A stretch of 64,000 nt of DNA. Origin: an uncultured archaeon. Its GTDB lineage: Archaea > Micrarchaeota > Micrarchaeia > Anstonellales > Anstonellaceae. Shown in pieces: positions 9,146 through 17,354 of the stretch (positions within the stretch are counted from its first letter, which is position 1; each line of letters starts with the position of its first letter). The notes under the pieces are model-generated. The model made no database searches. It was not told the DNA's origin and saw only the letters and a list, made by a program, of their open reading frames with translations. The position numbers and the translations under genes were made by a program. The DNA lies in NCBI GenBank assembly GCA_902384555.1, contig CABMCD010000016.1, forward strand, positions 4,504 to 68,503, in the 5' to 3' direction.

Positions 9146-9908
9146 GCAACAGGTCGATTATGGACGGCAGAGCCTTCCGGTCCGCCAAGGTGGCGCGCAG
9201 GTCATCCACCAGTTTTGTTTTCAGCTTCTGGAATTCTGGGGGTGAGAACGGGCGGTTGCCGATCAGATTCCGCTTCGCGCGCTGGTTGAATGAGAAAATG
9301 CAGTCATTGCAATTCTCCAGAGTGGCCGAATAGTAGCAGTCGTTGGAGGTGTAGGCGCGGAAGGTCTCCATGCAGCGCGTCTGCTGGAAGACCTCGTAGC
9401 ACTGAATCATGTATTTGGACTCGCCGCCCGAGGAGGTGCCGAAGCAGTTCTCGCAGTAGCGCAGGATGGAGGAGTAGGCCATGAACTTGCAGTTGTAGAT
9501 TTCGCTGCACGAGAGCACGTGCGAGGAATCGGCGATGGAATCGGACGCGCGCACTTCCTGCGAGTTGCCGGTGATGATGTCGCCGCAGTAATAGAGCTGC
9601 TCGCCCAGGGCAGAAACGGCGGAGTCGACATCTTTGATTGAGTTGATATCGAGTTTCGCCGAGCGCAGGCGCTTGTTGTATTCCTCCATTTCCTTGTGGG
9701 ATATGAATTTGGAGCCGGGCGCGAATTCGGTGCAGGAGAGGGAGAGGGGCTGGCCGCTCAGCGCGGATTTCGCCGGGAGGACCTTCTCCACATAGCGCAT
9801 GAGATAGGGCTCGAAATCGGACAGTTCGCCCACTTCCCCGCGCAGCAGCACGCGGCAGGTGGCCTTGAAGGCGTCTTGCACGTCCATGCAAAGAACGGGG
9901 AGCCGCAC
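9138..9908 (-). CDS. Cysteine-rich protein of unknown function (paralog A)
   Basis: Shares the motif LENCNDCIFSFNQRAKRNLIGN and its Cys spacing with 8351-9145. The two genes overlap by 8 nt. Confidence 0.6.
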   Translation of the reverse strand: MRLPVLCMDVQDAFKATCRVLLRGEVGELSDFEPYLMRYVEKVLPAKSALSGQPLSLSCTEFAPGSKFISHKEMEEYNKRLRSAKLDINSIKDVDSAVSALGEQLYYCGDIITGNSQEVRASDSIADSSHVLSCSEIYNCKFMAYSSILRYCENCFGTSSGGESKYMIQCYEVFQQTRCMETFRAYTSNDCYYSATLENCNDCIFSFNQRAKRNLIGNRPFSPPEFQKLKTKLVDDLRATLADRKALPSIIDLLRD

Positions 9909-9982
9909 AGATATTAAACTTATTTGCTTTTTTTGACCGAAACAAGCAGGATTATATTTGTTTTTTCACATATCGGTCAATA

Positions 9983-11053
9983 ATGGAGCCTGTTTCTCTC
10001 GACAAGGCCGACCGGCGCATCCTGGCCGAGCTGGACAAGAACTGCCGCATTTCCAATGCCCAGCTCGCGCGCAAGGTGAGAAAGAGCCGCGAGGCGGTGA
10101 AATACCGCATCCAGCAGCTGCAGGAAAAGGGCGTGCTGCTGAGATTCATCAGCTCGATAAATCCAAACAAACTGGGCTATCGGATGTTCAAGGTGTATCT
10201 GAAATTGGAGAACATCCCAAAAGAGCGCGAGCGCTTTTTCGAGGAGCTGAAGCACAATCGGGACATCTACTGGATGGGCATCTCCGACGGGGCGTTCGAC
10301 TGCGTGTTCGCGATTCTGTCGCACGACGTGACGGACTATTTCGAGAAAATCAACGCGCTGCTCTCGCGCTACAAGCACCTGGTTGTGAGCAAGGTGCTGG
10401 GCACCATGGTGGACACGACGCAGTACAACAAGAAATTCTTCACCGCCGAAACCGACGGCATCCCGCTGGTGGTGGGCGGAGACACGGTGGACAACCAGGT
10501 TGACAACCTGGATTTGGCCATTCTCACCATCCTGGCCAACGACGCGCGCATTCCGCTTGCGCAGCTGGCGCGCAAAGTCGGCTCGTCGATGGAGACCGTG
10601 CGCTCGCGCATGAGGCGCATGGAGGAGAAGGAGATTATCCTCTCATACCGCATCGACGTGGACTTCAACAAATTGGGGCTGGAATTCTTCAAAGCCATCA
10701 TCTATTTCCGCGAGCTGTCGCGGCAGGATGAGAAGGCGCTGTTCGAGTGGATGCGCATGCACCCCTCCAGCCTCTACGCGATTCGAAGCCTCGCCCCGTG
10801 GGAAGTCGAGTTCGAGTTCGCGGTGGAGAGCTACCAGCAGTTCAATTCCATCATCAACGAGATGCGGGGGCGCTTCCCGCACGTCATCCGCAATTACGAG
10901 CATTTGATTATGATTGAGGAGCGCTGGATGCCGGCGTATAAGGAGATGCTCAAAGCCCGGACGGTAGGGGCGCGAAAGGAAAAAGGGAAGAAGGAGAAAG
11001 CGGAAGAAAAGCCTTGGGCTGATTTCAGGTCAGCAGCAGCCACAGATAGGTGA
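9983..11053 (+). CDS. Tandem (duplicated) Lrp/AsnC-family transcriptional regulator
   Basis: Two HTH_AsnC units (DRRILAELDKNCRISNAQLARKV... and DLAILTILANDARIPLAQLARKV...), each followed by a RAM/AsnC_trans_reg-like domain. Confidence 0.8.
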   Translation: MEPVSLDKADRRILAELDKNCRISNAQLARKVRKSREAVKYRIQQLQEKGVLLRFISSINPNKLGYRMFKVYLKLENIPKERERFFEELKHNRDIYWMGISDGAFDCVFAILSHDVTDYFEKINALLSRYKHLVVSKVLGTMVDTTQYNKKFFTAETDGIPLVVGGDTVDNQVDNLDLAILTILANDARIPLAQLARKVGSSMETVRSRMRRMEEKEIILSYRIDVDFNKLGLEFFKAIIYFRELSRQDEKALFEWMRMHPSSLYAIRSLAPWEVEFEFAVESYQQFNSIINEMRGRFPHVIRNYEHLIMIEERWMPAYKEMLKARTVGARKEKGKKEKAEEKPWADFRSAAATDR

Positions 11054-12302
11054 GCGGGCTCTCGAACTTCTTCTTGGCCTCGTCCGATGCCAGGCTGGCC
11101 GAAATCAGGTCGCGCACGGCCGGCTTGCGGGCCGCCTTGCCGATGACGAGGTTGAGCAGCCACTCGTGCCGCCCCAGCTGCTGCATCTTGTAGGAAGTGG
11201 ACAGCTCCTTGCCCAGCTCCTCCCACACCGCCACCTCATAGGGACCCAAAGCCAGCGCGGAAACGTCGTTGCGCTCGATGGCCTCGTCAATGAACTGGGC
11301 GGCGAGGCGGCCGGAAGTGGTGGCGTTGCCCACGCCCTCGCCCGAGAAGGGGTCGACCAGAGAGGCCGCGTCGCCCACCAGCACCCAGCCGTTGCCGGAA
11401 AGCTGGCGGCGGTAGGAGCCGAACGGCAGGCGCCAGCCGGTCACCAGGCCCATGGGCTTGGCGTTCGCGAAGCGCTCCTTGAAGAGGGGCTCCTCCTTCA
11501 TGATATGGTTGAGCATCTGCACCAGATTGGTTTTGTCTTTCTTCATCTTGGCTTGCAAATCCTTGCTCACCAGCCCGAGGCCGACATTGGCGCGGCCGTT
11601 CTCGAGGGGGAAAATCCAGAAATAGCCGGGCATGATGGACTTGATGAAATGGATTTCGATGTCGTTGGTCATGCCGGTGATGCCTTCGTAATAGACGCGC
11701 ACCGCGTCGCAGGAGTGGGACGGGTCAAGCTGGGCCTTCTCGCCCAGGACCGCGCGGGCCACGATGGAGTTCACGCCGTCCGCGCCCACCACCACCTTGG
11801 AGCTAAAGGTGCGCTCGGCGCGCTTGGAGTCGGTGAGGTCGATGCCCTTGACGCCGACGGCCTTGCCGTCCTCCATCAGCACGTCCTGGATTTGGAACTG
11901 CTCGAGGATGGTGACGTTCGCGGTGTTCTTGGCGGCCGTGAAGAAGAGGTAGTCGGGGTGCTGGCGGCGCAGGCAGTAGCCGGTTCCGCCTGGGCGGTTG
12001 GGGTCGGTGGAGGGGAAGGGGATGGAGATGATTTTGCCGTTTGGGGAGGAGAAGGTGGCGCCCTTGATGATGCCGTGGGGGAGCTTCTCGACCTCCGCCA
12101 CCAGGCCCAGCTCGCGCACCACGTTCATGGACTTGCCCGAAAGCGCGTCGCCGCAGGTCTTGTCGCGGGGGAACTTGGCCTTGTCAAGAAGCAGCACCGA
12201 GCGGCCCAAACGGCCCAGATAGGCCGCCGTGGTGGAACCGCCGGGTCCGGCGCCTACGACGATGACGTCAAAGGAATCGGGAAGGGAAGGAGCCATAGAC
12301 AA
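11025..12302 (-). CDS. Geranylgeranyl reductase family FAD-dependent oxidoreductase (archaeal lipid saturation type)
   Basis: N-terminal FAD fold FDVIVVGAGPGGSTTA plus CGDALS and GDAASLVDPFSGEG motifs. Confidence 0.8.
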   Translation of the reverse strand: MSMAPSLPDSFDVIVVGAGPGGSTTAAYLGRLGRSVLLLDKAKFPRDKTCGDALSGKSMNVVRELGLVAEVEKLPHGIIKGATFSSPNGKIISIPFPSTDPNRPGGTGYCLRRQHPDYLFFTAAKNTANVTILEQFQIQDVLMEDGKAVGVKGIDLTDSKRAERTFSSKVVVGADGVNSIVARAVLGEKAQLDPSHSCDAVRVYYEGITGMTNDIEIHFIKSIMPGYFWIFPLENGRANVGLGLVSKDLQAKMKKDKTNLVQMLNHIMKEEPLFKERFANAKPMGLVTGWRLPFGSYRRQLSGNGWVLVGDAASLVDPFSGEGVGNATTSGRLAAQFIDEAIERNDVSALALGPYEVAVWEELGKELSTSYKMQQLGRHEWLLNLVIGKAARKPAVRDLISASLASDEAKKKFESPLTYLWLLLT

Positions 12303-12350
12303 ACACCCGCACGACGGGCAAACAGGGCATTCTTTGAGGGATACAAGCTT

Positions 12351-12358
12351 ATAAAGTT
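12351..12358 (+). promoter_or_regulatory. TATA box TTATAAAG upstream of rpl11
   Basis: It is about 60 nt before the ATG. The Shine-Dalgarno-like GAGGT is 7 nt before the ATG. Confidence 0.4.
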
Positions 12359-12418
12359 GAAGAGCCTCATTTCCCTATCGCCTTCTTAGACGAAAGGCTC
12401 TAATCCAGAGGTCATCTC

Positions 12419-12904
12419 ATGTCTGAAATTTCCATTTCCGCCATCGTGGACGGCGGCGAGGCCAAGGCCGGCCCGCCCCTCGCCCCGGCGCTCGCGCCCC
12501 TGGGCGTCAACATCAGCCAGATTATCGCCGAAATCAACAAGCAGACCGGCGGATTCAAGGGCGTCAAAGTGCCCGTCAAGGTGTTCGTGGACAAGGGCAC
12601 CAAGGCCTGGCGCATCGAGGTCGGCTTCCCGGCCACCTCCGAGCTGATTAAGAAAGAGCTCTCGCTTGAGAAAGGCCGCAAGGGCGGCGAGGGCGAGCCC
12701 CAGGTGGTGGGCGACCTCAAAATGGAGCAGGCCGTGAAGGTGGCGAAAGCGAAAGCCGCCGGCACGCTCGCCAAGGACGTGAAAAAGGCCGTGGCCGAGG
12801 TGCTGGGCACCTGCGTCTCCGCCGGCATCACCGTCAACGGCAAGGACGCGCGCGAAGTCAAGAAGGAGCTGGACGCGGGCGCGTTCGACTCGCTGATGCA
12901 CTAA
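12419..12904 (+). CDS. rpl11: 50S ribosomal protein L11 (uL11)
   Basis: Signature AGPPLAPALAPLGVNISQII and KVPVKV. Length 161 aa. Confidence 0.9.
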   Translation: MSEISISAIVDGGEAKAGPPLAPALAPLGVNISQIIAEINKQTGGFKGVKVPVKVFVDKGTKAWRIEVGFPATSELIKKELSLEKGRKGGEGEPQVVGDLKMEQAVKVAKAKAAGTLAKDVKKAVAEVLGTCVSAGITVNGKDAREVKKELDAGAFDSLMH

Positions 12905-12945
12905 GCCTTTTCTTCTTCCCATTCTGGGATTTCTTTTTATTCTGT

Positions 12946-14778
12946 ATGGGCCTAGAGGGAGCCATGTCCTTCTCCAACCGGCCCCTCGCCGTCTTGCTTT
13001 TCTCCCTCATTCTCATTTCGAGCTTCTCTTTCGCCGGCCTGCGCTGGCCGGGCGTGCGCCTGCCGGGAGAGCCGGTCGGCGCGCCGATGATTACCACGAC
13101 CGGCGTGCTGGTGGCCACGCAGGACGGGCGCATCCAGTCGATGGACAGCGCGCACGGAACCGTTCTGGCGCCCTATATGCTTCAGGGCAACGTGAGCGTG
13201 GCGCCCCTGGCGCTGGGCGGCAGCCTCATCGCGGCGACCGACAACGGCTACATCGAGGCCGTGGACGGCGACCGCATGAGCCGCAAGTGGATTTATCCCC
13301 CCCTCGCGGGCTCAAGCGCGGGCCGGAGCGTGCGCACCATCAGCCCCACCGGCGCCGGCGTGATTGAGACCAATCTGGCCGTGAGCGGGGGCGACGTGCC
13401 GAACGCCAGCGAAATGCTGGACATCCGCGCCCTGGCCGGGGACGGGCAGACGAGGGTGTACGCCATTGACCAGACGCGGCTGGTGGCGCTGGACGCGCAG
13501 ACGGGGCGCGTGCAGTTCATCAAGCCCGTGCTGGAGGACGGCGGGGCGGCCGGCGCGGACGCGCGGCACGTGTTCGTGATGGACGGCGGCCAGCTCAAGG
13601 CCTTCAACACGGCCGGCGAGCCGCTTTGGGCTTTGCAGACCGGGCCCCTGTTCAAGACCCGGCCCGTGGCCGATGCGGCGCACGGGCTGGTCTTTGTGGC
13701 TTCCACCAACGGCCAAATCCAGGCCATTGACGAGAACAGCGGCCAGGTGAACTGGACCTATTCGGTGAACGGCTGGCCCATGGCCACGCCGCTGGTGGTG
13801 GGCGACCGGGTGCTCATCGGAACCGACGACGGGCGCCTGCGCGGTCTGGACACGCGCAGCGGCGAGGTGGACTGGACCGTGCAGCTGGGCGGCGCGGTGT
13901 GGGGCGAGATGGCCGGCGCGGAGCGGGGCATCGAGCACGTCGTGCTGGCGCCCACGCAGGAACCGTCGCTGGCGGCGGTGGACGCGGACCTGGGGCTTTT
14001 GCGCTGGCAATACCAGCTCAGCGACTGGCCCGGCGCCCCGGCCGTGTCGTCCCATTCGGACTATGCCGCCATCGCCACCCGCGACCGCAAGCTGAGCATG
14101 CTGGACGTGTCCCCGATGTGCACCATCGACTCGCCGCGCAACAACGAGCTCATCGGCGCCTATCCCCAAATCAGGGGGCGGGCCTGGGCGTGGGGCGGGG
14201 TGGAGCGCGTCGCGCTGTCGGTGGCCGGCAATACGCTGGACATTGCGCTGGGGGGAGACGGGCGGTTCAACAGCTCGCCCGACCTCAGCGACGCGCGGGA
14301 GGGCAGCCTGGCGATTCAATGCCTGGCCATCAGCGGGGACCACCAGACCGAGCAGGACGCGGGCGGGGCCAAGTCCACGCCCACGCTCTCGCTGCAGCTG
14401 CAGAAGGCCGACATGAGCCTCACGGTGGTGGACACGGCGCGGCCGGGCGAGACGCTGCGCGTGTTCGTGCGCAACGCGGACGGCTTCGATTTGGACGGCC
14501 TGACGGTGGATTTCGCCGGCAAGCATTTGGAGGGGCAGGCCAGCCCCTTCGAGCTCGCGGCGCCCGGCTCGGACGGCCCCTACGCGCTCAGCGTCAGCCG
14601 CCGCGGCTTCAACAGCGCCGGCACCAATGTGCAGGTGCAGTCCGACCAGCGGCCGCTCTTGATGGTGGTGTTCGTGCTCCTGCTGGTGGTGCTGGGCGGG
14701 GCGTACATGATGTTCTTCCGCCGCAAGGAGCTGCATGCGCCCAGCATGCCGGCGCAGGAGAGGGTGGGGAAGAAATAG
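12946..14778 (+). CDS. Secreted PQQ-like beta-propeller repeat protein with C-terminal TM anchor
   Basis: Sec-type signal peptide. Repeated Q-A-x-D-x-x-T/S-G-x-x-x-W propeller blades. C-terminal hydrophobic helix followed by RRKE. Confidence 0.65.
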   Translation: MGLEGAMSFSNRPLAVLLFSLILISSFSFAGLRWPGVRLPGEPVGAPMITTTGVLVATQDGRIQSMDSAHGTVLAPYMLQGNVSVAPLALGGSLIAATDNGYIEAVDGDRMSRKWIYPPLAGSSAGRSVRTISPTGAGVIETNLAVSGGDVPNASEMLDIRALAGDGQTRVYAIDQTRLVALDAQTGRVQFIKPVLEDGGAAGADARHVFVMDGGQLKAFNTAGEPLWALQTGPLFKTRPVADAAHGLVFVASTNGQIQAIDENSGQVNWTYSVNGWPMATPLVVGDRVLIGTDDGRLRGLDTRSGEVDWTVQLGGAVWGEMAGAERGIEHVVLAPTQEPSLAAVDADLGLLRWQYQLSDWPGAPAVSSHSDYAAIATRDRKLSMLDVSPMCTIDSPRNNELIGAYPQIRGRAWAWGGVERVALSVAGNTLDIALGGDGRFNSSPDLSDAREGSLAIQCLAISGDHQTEQDAGGAKSTPTLSLQLQKADMSLTVVDTARPGETLRVFVRNADGFDLDGLTVDFAGKHLEGQASPFELAAPGSDGPYALSVSRRGFNSAGTNVQVQSDQRPLLMVVFVLLLVVLGGAYMMFFRRKELHAPSMPAQERVGKK

Positions 14779-14893
14779 GTGAGAAATCGTTTTCCTTTTC
14801 CTTAACGTAAGTTGTGGCTTTTTGGTGCGCTTATAAACTGATATCTAGCGACTTTATTTAGCAGGTGCTAGAAAGCGTACAAAGACCGCAACA

Positions 14894-15406
14894 GTGAGGT
14901 GCCATGAAATGAGGAAGCTTGCATTTTCGATTTTTGTTATGACATTGTTCTTTTTCGGTTGTTGTGGCATAGTTCCCCAAAAATCTGAAACCGTTGCAGA
15001 TACTGCAATTAAGAATACCTCGAATGACGACTTACAACTTTTAGATTACAAATGGATGAATTACTATGATAAAGACGGCACGTGCGATTTACAAATTGAA
15101 ATACAAAATAATTACCAGAACTTATGGTATTACGTTCGGACCCCTCAATCTGCAAATCCTCGACAGTTTAACAACTGCTGGCGCGGGCAATTTGACAACG
15201 GAACAAATACGTGCAGTTTAAATGCAGTAGGTACAACCTGGGTGACTGAACATAATGTCAATGCTTACGGGATTGGAGATATTGAAGTCTGCTATTTTAG
15301 AGGCCATGGATGGCTCAATTCGGCAGAACAAATAGACACATATCAAAAGTGCAAGAGTATTGCTGTAAGTAGAGGATGCTCTAAAGAGAGTGCCAACTCT
15401 TCGTAA
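14894..15406 (+). CDS. Low-GC secreted lipoprotein-like protein, unknown function
   Basis: N-terminus MRKLAFSIFVMTLFFFGCCG looks like a signal peptide plus lipobox. The gene is markedly AT-rich against a 65% GC background. It has 8 Cys and is Asn/Tyr/Trp-rich. Confidence 0.55.
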   Translation: MRCHEMRKLAFSIFVMTLFFFGCCGIVPQKSETVADTAIKNTSNDDLQLLDYKWMNYYDKDGTCDLQIEIQNNYQNLWYYVRTPQSANPRQFNNCWRGQFDNGTNTCSLNAVGTTWVTEHNVNAYGIGDIEVCYFRGHGWLNSAEQIDTYQKCKSIAVSRGCSKESANSS

Positions 15407-15437
15407 AGTGAATGGAAAAAGAAAAGGAAAAAGAAGA

Positions 15438-15480
15438 GCGGCGCGCCTGGAGGCGCGGGCCGGTTTTGCTTTATTTATTT
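15438..15480. terminator. Bidirectional hairpin GCGGCGCGCC-TGGA-GGCGCGGGCC plus T-tract between convergent genes
   Basis: Six-bp GC stem, then GGTTTTGCTTTATTTATTTG. It lies between the ends of 14894-15406 (+) and spt5 (-). Confidence 0.5.
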
Positions 15481-15490
15481 GCCGGCCGCG

Positions 15491-15961
15491 TCAGGCCGCA
15501 GGCGCCGTCCCCGCGTCTTCCGCCTTCTGGTAGAGCCGAATCGTGTTGGACTTGATGGTGACGGGAATGGGCACCGCCACCTCGGTCAGCTCCACCGTCA
15601 GCTCATCCTTGTTTTCGTCGATGCGGATGACCTTCGCGCGCTCGCCCTTGAAGGGGCCCGAAATCAGCTCCACGATGTCGTTCTTGTTGACGCGGGCGGA
15701 CACGGGCTTGCTCGAGGCGAGGAGCGCTTCGAGTTCGGCGATGGAGGTGGGCTTGTCCAGCACGCCCTTGATGTGCGGGATTTTGAGCCCGGCCTGCCGC
15801 GCCGAGAGGGCGGCGACGGCCTCCACGACCATGTAGCCGCGCAAATCCTCGAAATGCACGATGGCCCAGATGCCCATGCTCTCGGCCTTGACGCGCTTGG
15901 CCATCATTTCCATGACCACGCGCTCCTGTCCGGCCGTTACGCGATAGATGAAGACTGCCAT
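15491..15961 (-). CDS. spt5: Transcription elongation factor Spt5 (archaeal NusG)
   Basis: NGN-like N-terminus (AVFIYRVTAGQER) and a C-terminal KOW motif. Length 156 aa. It sits downstream of secE. Confidence 0.85.
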   Translation of the reverse strand: MAVFIYRVTAGQERVVMEMMAKRVKAESMGIWAIVHFEDLRGYMVVEAVAALSARQAGLKIPHIKGVLDKPTSIAELEALLASSKPVSARVNKNDIVELISGPFKGERAKVIRIDENKDELTVELTEVAVPIPVTIKSNTIRLYQKAEDAGTAPAA

Positions 15962-15983
15962 AGATACACCATGTGAATGCGAT

Positions 15984-16148
15984 TTAGTGGATGTTGAGCA
16001 CGAACGAGATGATGAGGCCGATGAGGCCCATCAGCGCCACGCCCGAGCCGGTCACCGTCACCATGCGCTCGAAGTCCTTGAAGCGCGGGAGGCTGGCCAC
16101 CTGAAGCACGCGCACGTGCTTGCGGATTTCGGCTTGCAAATCGAACAT
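15984..16148 (-). CDS. secE: Protein translocase subunit SecE / Sec61-gamma (54 aa; absent from the ORF track)
   Basis: Read directly from sequence: MFDLQAEIRKHVRVLQVASLPRFKDFERMVTVTGSGVALMGLIGLIISFVLNIH, with a single C-terminal TM helix. It lies between ftsZ and spt5, as in many archaea. Confidence 0.6.
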   Translation of the reverse strand: MFDLQAEIRKHVRVLQVASLPRFKDFERMVTVTGSGVALMGLIGLIISFVLNIH

Positions 16149-16160
16149 AATCATCCACCC

Positions 16161-17267
16161 CTAGGAGATAAGGTCCAAATCGAAGTTCTCGACCGGCACG
16201 GCCGGCGCGGCACTGGTCTCGTAGTGCGGGAACTTGGCGCCCGCGATGACCACGAGCACGCGCAGCGACGCCTTCTTGGTGGATTTCTCCACCCGCGCGC
16301 CCCAGATGATGTGCGCGCCGGGGTCGATGCGCTTGGACACCTCGGCCACGATGAGTTCGGCCTCTTTGAGCGTCATGTCCTCGCCGCCCACCACATTGAC
16401 GAGCGCGCGGTTGGCGGTGGAGAGGTCGACGTCGAGCAGAGGAGAGGAAAGCGCCATTTCAACGGCGATGAGGGCGCGCTGGTCGGACTTGGCGTCCACG
16501 GAAGATTCGCCCACGCCCACCACGGCGCAGCCGGCGGCCGAGAGGATGGTGCGCAAGTCGGCGAAGTCGAGGTTGACCAGGCCGGCGCGGGTGATGAGCT
16601 CGGCGATGGATTTGACCGCGCCCGCCAGCACCTCGTCGCACACCTTGAAGGCCGTGTTGAGCGGCAGGTCGGGGGCGATGGAGAGCAGCTTGTCGTTGGG
16701 CACCACGATGACGGTGTCGGCGTGCTTGCGCAGGCGCTCGAGGCCCTCCAGCGCGTTCTTCATGCGCACGGGGCCTTCCGAGAGGAAGGGCAGCGTGACG
16801 ACGGCAATGGTGAGCGCGCCGGCCGCCTTGGCCTGCTCGGCGATGATGGGGGCCGAGCCGGTGCCGGTGCCGCCGCCCATGCCGCAGGCGATGAACACCA
16901 TGTTGGCGTCCCCAATCGCGGCCTTGATTTCGGCGGCCGACTCCTTCGCGGCCGCCTCGCCCACCTGCGGGTTGGAGCCCGCGCCCATGCCCTTGGTGAT
17001 GGTTTTGCCGAGGAGGATTTTCTTGTCCGAGCGCATCTTGATGAGATGGCGCACATCGGTGTTCATGGCCGCGAACTGGACGCCCTCGATGCCCAGCTCC
17101 GCCATGCGGTTGAGGGTGTTGCAGCCCGAGCCGCCGGTGCCCACCACGTAGATGCGGGGCTTGGTGGCCTCGAGGAACTTGAGCAATTCCTCGTCGTCCT
17201 TGGAGACGATGATTTCCCGCGGAAGCTGGTCTTCCAGCGCCTTGTCTTCAAGAGTCATGGCATGCAC
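16161..17267 (-). CDS. ftsZ: Cell division GTPase FtsZ
   Basis: Tubulin signature GGGTGTGSAPI and T7 loop. Length 368 aa. Confidence 0.95.
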   Translation of the reverse strand: MHAMTLEDKALEDQLPREIIVSKDDEELLKFLEATKPRIYVVGTGGSGCNTLNRMAELGIEGVQFAAMNTDVRHLIKMRSDKKILLGKTITKGMGAGSNPQVGEAAAKESAAEIKAAIGDANMVFIACGMGGGTGTGSAPIIAEQAKAAGALTIAVVTLPFLSEGPVRMKNALEGLERLRKHADTVIVVPNDKLLSIAPDLPLNTAFKVCDEVLAGAVKSIAELITRAGLVNLDFADLRTILSAAGCAVVGVGESSVDAKSDQRALIAVEMALSSPLLDVDLSTANRALVNVVGGEDMTLKEAELIVAEVSKRIDPGAHIIWGARVEKSTKKASLRVLVVIAGAKFPHYETSAAPAVPVENFDLDLIS

Positions 17268-17354
17268 CTGATAAAGCTCATTTTAGGTTCCCCTAGGGGG
17301 GTGTTATGAACAACATTCGACGGGGGAAGTTTATATAGATGACGGCGGGGCGGC

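Noticed and set aside
14779-15490. Mobile element at the low-GC island
   Set aside because: No integrase, transposase, direct or inverted terminal repeats, or tRNA target were seen. Only the compositional island itself is reported.
15937-16158. 73-aa ORF from the track between spt5 and ftsZ
   Set aside because: Wrong frame. The SecE-like 54-aa reading in the other minus frame fits the conserved position and has the single TM helix.
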